Of a stretch of DNA of 64,000 nucleotides, positions 12,424 to 23,188 are shown in pieces. The first letter of the stretch is position 1. Each line of letters starts with the position of its first letter. The position numbers and the translations under genes are program-made. Under the pieces are notes generated by a model that did no database searches, was not told where the DNA came from, and saw nothing but the letters and a program-made list of their open reading frames with translations. This stretch comes from Entomortierella parvispora E1425 (Eukaryota > Fungi > Mortierellomycota): NCBI GenBank assembly GCA_020891255.1, contig BQFW01000015.1:1736001-1800000 (forward strand), in the 5' to 3' direction.

Positions 12424-12702
12424 GCGAGGGGAAAGAACAGTCACAGTGTTCCGGGACAGAACACACGGCAGACGGCACACGAGCAGAAAAAGGAAATAAA
12501 GAAATCACACCTCTCGACCTCTAGCTCCCTGTCTGCTCTCCCTCAGTCTGCTCTCCCCCGGTTGATCCCTTTCTCCTTTTCCTTCTCCTTCCCTGACTTC
12601 TTTGTTCTTTGCATCTCTCTGCCTTTCCTTCTTTTGCCCTGATCCCCTCCCGCTCTTTGATTCCTTCTATCCCCAAAGACTGGCCGCACCCCTCTTGTCA
12701 TC

Positions 12703-13697
12703 ATGGTCAAGTTCTATCAACACACATCCTCATTCGAGCATGCTTGGGACAATGTCACCTATGCCTTCTGGCTCCGCTACCCTAACCCTTTCGCATCGCA
12801 CGTGGTCGGATGCGATGTGATTGATCGCCAGGTCGATCCCGAAACGGGCGTCTTGCGCACCACCCGATTGATCCTCAAGCAAGGTGTCCTTCCCCGATGG
12901 GGACGAGGGGTAAGTTCCATTTCCCTCAACCCTCTTTTCAACGAGGGTCAAAAAGGATTACTGGACTCTGCTCTACTTTTTTTTTCTCTTTCTATCGTAC
13001 TAATCCCCTTTTCTTCATATGATAAAAAATGTATCTATCCTTCACTCCACATAGCTGATCAAGAATCCGGACGCTTACATTGTCGAGGAATCAGAAGTGG
13101 ACCCAAAGACCATGACCATGGTAACAAGGACAAAGAACCTGAACCATGTCCGGGTAATGCAGGTGGAAGAGACCCAGACCTTTACCGTCCATCCCGAGAA
13201 TCCAAAGTGGTAAGGGAATCTGTCCGACCTTGTTTTTTTGTTGTGATTGTTCGCTTTGACCTCTTTTGGACATTTTGCTCTGTGGGGAGAGAGACAGAGT
13301 GGGTGTGCTTGCATGCGCAGAACCTGTTGCCCTTGTGTCCCGTCATAATTGCGGGGAGGATAAAAAACGACGCCGACCGGGAAGAAACGTAGAGATTGTC
13401 CATGGGGAAAGGGTATCTCCAAATACGGCCAGTTCCATTCTCTAACCGTCCCTCTTTTTGTCTCCCTTTTCTTTCTGTAGGACTCAAGTCAAGACGGAGG
13501 CACGGATCATCAGCGAGTTGCGCTGGGGATTGACAGGAAGGGTCGAGGCCTTTGGCATCAACAAGTTTATGGACAACTCGGCCAAGGCACGGAAGGGTAT
13601 GGCCCATATCTTGGAACGTCTCCGTCAGAATGCTGCCCTTGCGGCTTCGGGCGCCCCTGTAGCAGGTGCTGGTGCCGTTGGAGCTGTCGACTGTTGA
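12703..13697 (+). CDS. UPS1: PRELI/MSF1-domain mitochondrial lipid-transfer protein (Ups1-like), 3 exons
   Basis: MVKFYQHTSSFEHAWDNVTYAFWLRYPNPFASHV..DVIDRQVD..VLRTTRL; EESEVDP..TRTKNLNH..MQVEE; WGLTGRVEAFG..F. Confidence 0.85.
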
Positions 13698-14225
13698 AAA
13701 TCAACGGAGGGACCCAAGGAGGACTCTGTGGGACGTGTGTCTAACGAGAGAAAAAAAGGAGACCCCAAAAGTTGATCGCGTGAGGGGTCTCTCTCTGCCC
13801 TAGTTTGTATTTTTCCCTTTCTTTTCTACGACCGAGCCATTCATCTCTTGGACACGCGACCCAAGACTCGAAATTGACCAATCCATATCGTAATGGCCAG
13901 CTTCCTTGGTTTACCGCAATAGCCATCCCCCGGCATCTTTACCACTTTGCCGACGGTCGTCATTCTTTGCTCTATCCGACCCCAGCAACCACTGTACTAT
14001 ATATCCCCTATCGCCTGTAGAGAAGATTATGTTTTTTTTGTCTTCTTTTCAACTGACAATTCCTGGAGAACAGATGCAGCCTCTTTTTGCTACCTTTCTT
14101 CTCTCAATCTTTTGCGTCCTTGTACCATAAAAAAAAAAAAACTCTTGCCACTTCACTTGACGTTGTTTTTTTATTATAAATCAATGCTTGATAATGAACG
14201 GTATTCTTGTCATCCTTCTTGTTTT

Positions 14226-17200
14226 TTAAGCCTGGCTACCCTTGGCCATCTCGGCCAAGTACTCGTCATGGAGCTTCTTTTGAGTATCCCACTCCTTCTG
14301 CAACTTCTTTTTCCTGCTCTTGGGCAACTCTTGGCCCTCCTTATCTGTCAATGGGATGCCAGTGCCTACCTCAAATGAACCATAGTCGGCAGCATTGGCG
14401 GCCAAGCGGAACAGATCAGCAGGGGCAACCTTGCCCTTCTCAAGCTTCAAAAGACGCGCAGCCTCCTTGGCGCGGGCAGCCTCCTCCTTGCGAGCAGCCT
14501 TCTCTGCAATGGCAGCAGCCTTGGCTTGACGTTGAGCAGCCAACTCCTCAGCGGGGATGAACTTGATCAAGGCCTTGCCATCCTCACGGTCATCCAAGGA
14601 AACACCCAAGCGCTCCAGATCCTCATCACGAAGCTTGTCCGAAAGAGCCAACATCTCCTGAACGGGGCGTCCCTCACGAGCATAGGCACGGATGGTATCA
14701 CGGAAAGTAGAGAGAACCTGAAGGTATGGCATGGCCACATCCTCAGCGGATTGACCACCAGCAGCCTCGGCGCTTGCGAATCCAATGGGGTCCGAAACAA
14801 CGCCATCGAGACCAAAGGTCTTGAGCATCTTGCTGACATACTGAGCGACCTTGTTGATGACCTCGACGTTGGGGGTCTTGCCAGCATCCTTGATGTAGAC
14901 GTTGGTGCGGGAGACCAAGGCCTGGAGCTCAGCCATGGCATTGGGGGTGTTGATCGAGTCGCAGAGTGCAGCATGGACGGCGTTCTGCTTTTCCTTCAAG
15001 GCCGAAACCATCTCCAATTCCAGGCGACGGAAGTTGTGAGTTCCAGTAGAATCCAAAGCGGTGTGCTTGGCCTCGGCAATCATGGCCTTGGTGTTGGCAA
15101 AGAAGTTCTATTTCGAGGCCAATGTAAAGGGTCAGCACATCTCGTCCAGTCAACAAAGCAGCTTCATGTAAAATCCCCCCCAAAAAAGGTAGCGCTCCTT
15201 ACGTTAAAGGTAGACTCGACACCCATAGCCTCGCTCATGCTGGTATCTCTGAAATCGACACCAGTGTCCCACTGGTGCAACAGGAAGAAGTAGCGAAGTT
15301 GACGGGCAGTGTACTTCTCCAATGCTTGCTGAACAGAGATAAAGTTCTTCAAGGACTTTGACATCTTTTGTCCCTCAACGTGCAAATGTCCGCAGTGAGT
15401 GAAGTAGTTGACCCACTGGTCGCACTGATGATAGGCCTCAGACTGAGCCAGCTCATTGTCGTGATGGGGGAAGGCCAAATCAATACCGCCAGAGTGGATA
15501 TCCATGCCGCTGCCCAAAACCTCAGAGGCCATGACAGAGCACTCAATGTGCCATCCGGGACGACCGGGTCCCCATGGCGAATCCCAGGCAGGCTCACCAG
15601 ATTTGGAAGCCTTCCAGAGCGCAAAGTCCATGCTGGACTTCTTTCCAGAAAGCTTGATGCCCAACGAACCCTCGGACTCCTCCATCAAGGTAGCATCACC
15701 CTTGGACCAGGGGGCCAACTTGGCGTAGTGGTGACCATCCTTGCCGTCAAAGGCGGCGGTATCGAAATACACAGATCCCTCAGCCTCGTAGGCGTATCCG
15801 TTGCTGATAATCTTTTGAACAAAGTCCACAATTTCGGGAACGTATTCACTGACACGGGTCAACACGTCGGGGCGACGAACTCCAAGGCGGTCCATATCCT
15901 TGAAGAACTCTCCCTCCCAGTATGCAGCCAAATCTCTGAAGACCTTGGGGTCGCTGACGGTGTGGGACAACTCCTTGTCCAGCAAGTTGGAGAGTGTGGT
16001 CTTGTTAGCGTCACAGAAGACGGCGGCATCCGTTGTTGTGGGTGACTTCTTTGCCTGTTCAATGGCATCATAGGCCTCCTGAAGAGCTGAAAAGTGCATG
16101 GGGAACTTTGGGTGGGCGGTAGTCAAGGTGGACTTGAGTTCAGCATCCTTGTTGATCTTCTCCACAAAGGCAGTCCACTGATCCACGGCTTTGGCATCAA
16201 TAGCCTTGAGCTCTGCGTCGGCATACAACTTCCAAGCAGCCTCCGCTTTTGCGATAGCCTCTGGGGTGACGGTTGCGGTGGCGGCCTTGAAGTTGTTGAA
16301 GAGGTGGTTTTGGCGAGCACGTTTGATGATCTATGTTGTTCGATAAAGGAGCACAGTCCAAGTTGAGCTCTTCTGTTCTTTTGTAATGACAACGGCTCAT
16401 GATCCTGTCATGGGGCACACAGTCAATCCACTTTTTAGGTACCTTGTCGTCAATGTCAGTGATGTTCTCGACAAACAGGACGTTGTATCCAAAGTAATCC
16501 TCGACAACACGGTGAAGGATGTCTAATGACACATAGTTTCTATAGAGGGGGAGCAACGAAGAACAGGGGCAAGGCCATTTGTTATTTCTCACATTCCAAG
16601 GTCCGATATCCTTTTTGATCCTTCCATGGCGTGATCACGACATTTTTTTCGTCGTCTGTGTTCTATGCTCTGGTAGCGCTGGCTGCTGTCCTGCGTTCTT
16701 TACCTGGCGTGTCCAATATGGGTAGAGTCGTAGACAGTAGGTCCGCAGGCATACCAAGTAACCTGGTTACCGTCCATGGGAACAAACTCGGTCTATCAGG
16801 GACGGGGATCAAAGACAGGGGTTAATTCATGGAAGATCACTTCTAGCAGCACTTGTACTCATTGCTCCCATGAAAATGGGTGCCATGGGTTTTCCTTCCG
16901 TTGTCGATATCAGGATCGGTTCCCGTTCAGAGTCTGGTCCATGTCGCCACAGAGTATTCATGAATTGCTGTACAACTCCAAAGAAGGGTCCTGAAAGTTT
17001 TAAAAGGCTCTTGTTGCAGTGTCAATTTTCACTCTTTACCTTGGTGCGAGTCATCGAGTTGTACAGCTTGAGCTTGGGAACGGGCTTTCCCTCGGGCACG
17101 CGCCATGGGGGCTGCTTACGCGAGGTTGCGGTTGATCCTGGGGCAGACATTGTTGAATGGGAAAAGCAATGAGAGTGGTGGCGTGTGATGGAATGGATCC

Positions 17201-17339
17201 TGATCTGGTTGAAGGTCGGTCTCGGGCGGGCAAAGAAGAATCCAAAAGATGGTCGAGGCAGTCGTGGTCCTGGTCCGGGGCGAGATCGGCTAAGGAGGGA
17301 TCGAGAGTGGAAGGCGAGGCTGGGGAAGGAAAGGGACAT
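14226..17339 (-). CDS. CARS1: Cysteinyl-tRNA synthetase (class I); core starts at ATG 17150, with an in-frame upstream ATG at 17339
   Basis: [30 protein letters not shown] (HIGH), [53 protein letters not shown]. Confidence 0.97.
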
Positions 17340-17431
17340 GAAGTCGATTCCTTTTTAAGTGAAGGAGGCCGATTGCTGTCTCGCCGAGGGTGATGTTGAT
17401 GATCAAAATAATAATTTTTTTGCTTCTTTTT

Positions 17432-17499
17432 TGACTCAGTCACGACACGTTGTGAACAAGGCCCTTGTTGCGCCCGCAGCCTGTGTCCAAGGTGACTCA
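17432..17499. promoter_or_regulatory. Two TGACTCA (Gcn4/CpcA/AP-1-type) sites upstream of CysRS
   Basis: TGACTCA at 17432-17438 (within the palindrome-like TGACTCAGTCA) and at 17493-17499, about 95 and 155 bp upstream of the 17339 ATG. Confidence 0.55.
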
Positions 17500-18378
17500 A
17501 ATGCCAGTGCGCGCGCTCTCTCTCTTTCTCTTTGTCGGACGCATTCATCTATACACACACGCACTCTCTCTCTCTCTATCTCCCACCCCTTGCGGGAGTG
17601 CATATTGTGGCCATGGGTGGGTCCCCGCGTGCAGTGTGCCTGTTATGGCGTCTTCACTCACAGTCCCACTCGTCACGTGGAGACCCTTGGTCCACGCGTG
17701 GACCTTCCTTCCTTCCTCCAGATCTTCTCTAGGTTTCTTTACGCACTTTCATTTTCTGGAAAATTCCCTTGCTGTCTCTCTTCTGGAAAAAAAGGGTTTC
17801 GCACACGCGTGTTCCTTATTCCAGGAGGATCACGTTGCACCGCACGCACATCATTGTGGTGCAAAAGAGGATAATGGCAGGCGGAAGAAGAGGTGTTGTT
17901 GACCTTGAGCAAAGGAATGCGAGTTAATTGACCACGGCCTAGAAAGAAAGGAACAAGGAACAGCCGGTCAGCTGGACACCTGGATGTGGTTGTGGCTGTC
18001 TAGTGGTTGCGGCTTGGAAGACTGAGGTTCTCGTTCTTCGACGGAATCACTAAATCTCCAAAGACGAATTCTTATTCCCTTTGATCCTGCCGCACCTCTT
18101 CTCTGCATGCGGATGTGACAAGAAAGCGGACAGAGATGCAATCCAAGTTGGTTACGAACAGAAAAAAAAGAGGAAAGAAGCAGCACCAACAATTGGTCAC
18201 TCAACTGATGCAACAGCTCTGCTGCATAGAAATCGTTCCCGAAGTCATGAAAACTGCAATCGTTTTCGCTATAAAAGAACCCTCAGTTTACAGACTTTCC
18301 TTGATCATCAAGCTGCTTCCTCCTTTCGTCCTTTCGTCTCTATACCCTTTCCACGACACAAACCACTTCACAATCGTA

Positions 18379-20074
18379 ATGAAGACCAACACCTTGTTCA
18401 CCTTGACCTTTGTCGTGGGACTTTTGGTCTCCTCCTCAATCGCGGCTCCCATCTCCAACAAACGTCGCGTCTCCAAGCGCGACGAGGCTCCTGCTGCCTG
18501 CCCCGGCACTCTCCGTGGACCTTCTGGAAATGCTTACTATGGTGGGTTTATAGGAAGCTCTGCAGGAAGAGCTATCCTTAAGGATTCATATAGTCTTTGA
18601 TCATATAGCTTGGTTCTCTAACATGTTTTTTGGGGGGGAAATGGCTCCATCTTTTGTCCTGGGTAGCTTTCAGCTCGGCCTTGAACAACAAGGTCGCACA
18701 GCAGGCCTGTGCTTCTTGTTATGACGGTGTTTTGGCTGACGTGGGTGTCACCGACATGCAGTTTTTGACTGAAAACCTGGAGCAGACTTCTTGGATCAAG
18801 TCCTGGAACGGAGATGACTACTCTGGCAGTTGTTTGACCATCCAGCCTAACGGTGGTGGAGGTAAGATCAAACGAATACATTCGATTCATTCTTCATACA
18901 CGCTTTCTTTCTGAACAAATGAAAATAACAACATAAACATATCAACTCTACAACAGCTCCAAGCGTGGGTGTCGATTCCACCTGCGCTGTTGAGACCTGG
19001 CCTCTGTGCCAGGCCGCCTCCACGCAAGCTGATGGCGCTGTTAGGGTCCAGGGTCCAGCAGGCGCGACCCTTACTAGCCTGGCTGTCCCCTTCGCTCCTT
19101 CAGAGGCTGATGATGCGCCACCAGCCACTCCCGAGACCACCACGACAAGCGACGAGGAAGTGGCTGCTGTGGAGTTGGAAGTCGCCAAGACTGAAGAGAA
19201 CGCACCCGCCGACCCCGCAACAACCTCTACGGACGATGCTGATAATGCCGCCGTGGAGGTCGTCTTGCCCAACTCTGATGAGGCCGCTACCAAAACCAGT
19301 GAGGATTGGGGTTTCGATCCCGAGGCTACCTACAACACTCCTGGAGGTAACATTGTCGCTGAAGCCGAGGTTGTGGAGCTTGTCCCCACCGAGACTGAAC
19401 CCGAAGCAGCGGCTGATCCCAGTGCAACCTACCATAAGCCGGGTCACGTTGATGACATTGCTGAGGTTGAGGAAATTGCCCCTACCAAGACTGATCCAGA
19501 GACTGCGTGCAATCCTAAGGCCACGTACAGTCAGCCTGACGACGCTGCTGCCGAAGTCGTGGTTGAGGAGGCTCCTACCAAGACTGAGCCAGAGGCAGCG
19601 GCTGATCCCGAGGCCACATGCGACAAGCCCGGCAACATTGTTGTTGCTGAGGCCGAGGTTGAGGAGGTTGCCCTCACCAAGACTGAGCTAGAGACAGCAG
19701 CCGACCCTGAGGTCGCCTACAATAACCCAGAGCACAGTGTCGCCGAGGCTGAAGTCGAGGAAACTGTCGCGACCAAGACCGAGGCTGAGACTCCCGCTAA
19801 TCCCAAGGCTACCACCACTGCTGATGCCGAGGTGGCTGAAGTTGTGGAGGTCGGCATGACTCCCGCACAGGGCACTTCGCCTGCACCCGCTGCCACCGAG
19901 GAAGACCCTCTGTTGGTCACCAAGGAGAAGGTTCGTGCTGCATTCGAGGAAGACAAGGAGGCATGCTCTGCTGAGTTGGCCATGGGCGAGCAGGATCCCA
20001 TCACTAACGAATACGAGATCGAGCACATGTCCACCCATGGTTCTTGCTCCGCCTCCAAGATGATCGTTTCTTAA
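18379..20074 (+). CDS. Secreted protein with a C-type-lectin-like Cys domain and an acidic Thr/Glu/Ala tandem-repeat region; 3 exons (18379-18541, 18667-18861, 18957-20074)
   Basis: Signal peptide MKTNTLFTLTFVVGLLVSSSIAAP, dibasic KR site, AQQAC..GVLAD..FL..SWIKSWNGD..C..C..WPLC, then about 6 repeats of ~32 aa. Confidence 0.7.
19255..19830 (+). repeat. Intragenic ~96-nt (32-aa) degenerate tandem repeat, about 6 units
   Basis: Units such as VEEIAPTKTDPETACNPKATYSQP, VEEAPTKTEPEAAADPEATCDKP and VEEVALTKTELETAADPEVAYNNP. Confidence 0.85.
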
Positions 20075-20276
20075 TATTCTCAGAGATCTCTGAAAAGCCA
20101 AGATATGAATTCCACGGCTCGTTTCAACTGAATGCTGGCATTCATCAAATAGACTAGAGCGATAATAATAAATCTGGCGAACAATTGCTCATGATCCATT
20201 TAGTTTCCTGCTGTCGTTTATTGTATCTGCACGATTTGGGATCGGTGAAAACAAAAATAAAGGAAAAAAAAAAGGT

Positions 20277-22907
20277 CTAACGACGGTAGAACTGGCGCTT
20301 GAAGTTGAAGTGCAACTGCAACACTCCACGGTCAAACATAGATTTGTATCCCTTCTTGTGAGAGTGTTCCCATTCTCGGTTGACGATTCTGAAGGCAATG
20401 TCCTCGTAAGGGGGTCCTGACTTGAATTTGATAAGAACAGTGTCCTCTGTGCCAGGCTCCTTGATAATTTCGTAGGTTGGCGCTTGCGACTTGTCGATGA
20501 GATCCGGGTAGAAGAGGTTGAACTTGTAACCCTGGACAACCTTGGGGGGTGGATTGTCGTGGTCGTAATGGGTCTGATTGTACTTGTTCCATTCGTATCC
20601 CGTGTGCACACGGTTGAAAAATCGAGGCTTGCGAGGTCTGTACTTGTCTTGCCACATATAAGTCTATAATGAGCCCAGACGGGAGTTCGTTTAGTTTCAA
20701 TGTCGTGGAAACACTCATCATGCGAATGTTCTATACATCAAGCCCGTTCCGGATACTTACTTGCTGTCGTTGTATTGTCGCCTCAATGTTAAATATTTCT
20801 TCATCTCCAGCGAGTTGTTTAGCAGCCTCCTTGTCAAAGAGAATCTTGGACACAAATTCATCGTCAGGGTGCTGTTCGCCCGATGCTTGTTCTGCTCTCT
20901 TCTTGGGGTTGAACTGCTTGCTAAGAACCTGGCGACGTTTCTCCAGCTATTTTTTTAAAAAAAATAAAATAGGTTAGTTTTTGTACAATTTAGCCAAAAA
21001 AAAAAAAGGAATGCCAAGTGGTGCTTTTGCTCCACTTACAATTTCTGCCCAATCGTCCCATTGATCAACAACAGTGAGGTTGGTCTCGTCTCTGGTAAGG
21101 GTATCAAAGGGTTCGGGGCTCATAGCACGTTCGTAAGGCACCATAGGAGTTGCAGGGGCCATATCTTCGTCCATATCTTCAGCGGCAGAGTCCATGTCCT
21201 CATCATTGGCCTCCCGAAGGGCACTGATATCACCCTCCACCTCCTGGCTTTGCATCGCCAAGACAGCAGCAAGTTCTGCCCGCTCCTTCTCGGCCTCTCG
21301 AGCCTGTCGTTCCTTGAGCTGCTCAAGGCGTTTTTGAAGAATAACTTGGTGGATCATGTTGAGCTTGGCCTAATGAGTGAGAGGATCGAGGTTAGTACCT
21401 CGCATCTCGGTCACATGGTCAGTATCTAGTCAGAGACAAGAGGACATACCTTTGCCTTCCACACAATAAGGGTCTTTAACAATGCTTCCCAATAGTCCAC
21501 ATCAATGGCACCACCTCCAGCCAGTTTCTTTTGGATTTGTCCTTGCAAAAGCGTGAGTTGATCGTGTGTCTTTCCGGCCAATTTTGACGCAATGTCCTCT
21601 GCAATGTGTGGAGCGACTACACTCTGCTCATTGCGGGATGGATCCAATTCGCTCAGTTTATCCTCGCATACAATCAGCATTGCTCTCCAGAACTCCATGC
21701 TAGATTCGTTTTTGTCAAGACTGAGGTAAAACTTGATATCGTGAAAGAGCTCCTGCACATCATCGAGGGCCAAGTTCTATAAATGAGATACAAAAGTCAG
21801 TAGCTGAAAGCTCTTTTAAAAAACCAAAGAACACTCAAGGTAACTTGAAGTCTCTCTTACATCAAAGATCGTGTACGGCTCCTCCACATCGATTTCAAGA
21901 CCAATATCGTCCTCGTCGTCTTCATCCTTGTCATCAGAATCCTCGGAAATAAGTTTGATGTTCATGGCAAGGATATCAATGGGTTTTGCCCTGTTGCTCT
22001 TGATCCTGATTTCTGCACGCTTCTTGGCTTGCTTCAAGTGGAATTCTTCTTCCTTTGCCTGCCAATCTCCAAGTTGGGCTTGCTCCGATGCACGTTGGAT
22101 TCGGACAAGTTCCTCATCACGCTCCTCACGTTCTCTCTCACGCTCGGCACGTTTCTTGTTGAGCTTTTCCAGTTCCAGCTTGGCTTCCTCTCGTCGGATG
22201 GCATCACGCCTTGCAGACTCTGATGAGGAAATGCCCTTCTTCTTTTCCACCTCGCGTTTCTTAGCCCAGGTGAACTTTTGAGCCAAGTTAGCGTCGTTGA
22301 AAGGGTTGTCAGAGTTGGAGTAGTTGGTCATCGCAGTCTCAAGAGATTTCTTTTGCTCTTCCTTCTCCTTCTTTCTCTCGGCTTTCCGAATAGCTCTTTC
22401 CTCTGATGTTTCGCGAGGTTTTTTGTCTGAGCCTTCCCTGTCACTCCGGGACTTCTTCTTGCTGGAGGAATGGTCTGATCTGCCGCGACCTCTTTCGCCC
22501 TCGCTGTCAGAGTCCTGTCTACGTCTTGACCGATCCTTGTCTCTGGAAGAACGGTCCCTGCTTCCGCGATCCTTGTCATCATCTCTCTCACGTACTCTCT
22601 CGCGATCTCTGTTACGATCCCTGTCCCTGCGATCCCTGTCGTCGGAACCTCTGTCGCGATCCTTGTCATTGCGATCTTCCTTAGGTTTTCTGGATCTGTC
22701 AGAGTCTCGACCGCGGTCTCTAGAGTCTGCTCGGCTGCGGTCTTTGCCAGAGCTTTCTCTGGTGCGGTCGCCCTGTCTTCTCGAATCTCTGTCGTTGCGG
22801 TCCCTTGAGCTATGACGGTCTGAGCGGGGTCGCGGCGAAGGCGACCTGCTATCGCGACGGTAGGCACGGTCTGTATCCCTGGTGCGACTTGAACTCCTGT
22901 TTGCCAT
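20277..22907 (-). CDS. CACTIN: Cactin (spliceosome-associated factor), multi-exon
   Basis: RS/RD-rich N-terminus, YSNSDNPFND.NL..KFTWAKK, FHLKQAKKRAEIRIK.NRAKPID, WQDKYRPRKPRFFNRVHTGYEWNKYNQTHYD, GPPYEDIAFRIVNREWE. Confidence 0.95.
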
Positions 22908-23188
22908 TGGGATGATGGAGATGGAAGGGGGAAGTAGAACTGGTGGGGGAAAGAGGAGGTGTGGAGATGTCGAAGCAACGCAATGCCACATCTGTGTGGA
23001 TGCATCAAAAGCACTTCGCCACTCAAAGGAAGAAATATAATCGCAAGCGCTGACTGGTGACTGTCTTTTAAAATCAAAATACTCAGAATCAACGGCTCAA
23101 AAAAAAAAAAAAAAAAAAAAAGGCCCAGTTGCGCTAAGTCCTTGAGGGTTGTGTTGCATTGCCATCTGATCTTCTTGTCCATCACATC

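Noticed and set aside
16604-16616. ATATCCTTT U12-type donor consensus (and GTATCCTT near 37408)
   Set aside because: Antisense to the host gene or lacking a downstream TCCTTAAC branch site; all modelled introns fit U2-type signals.
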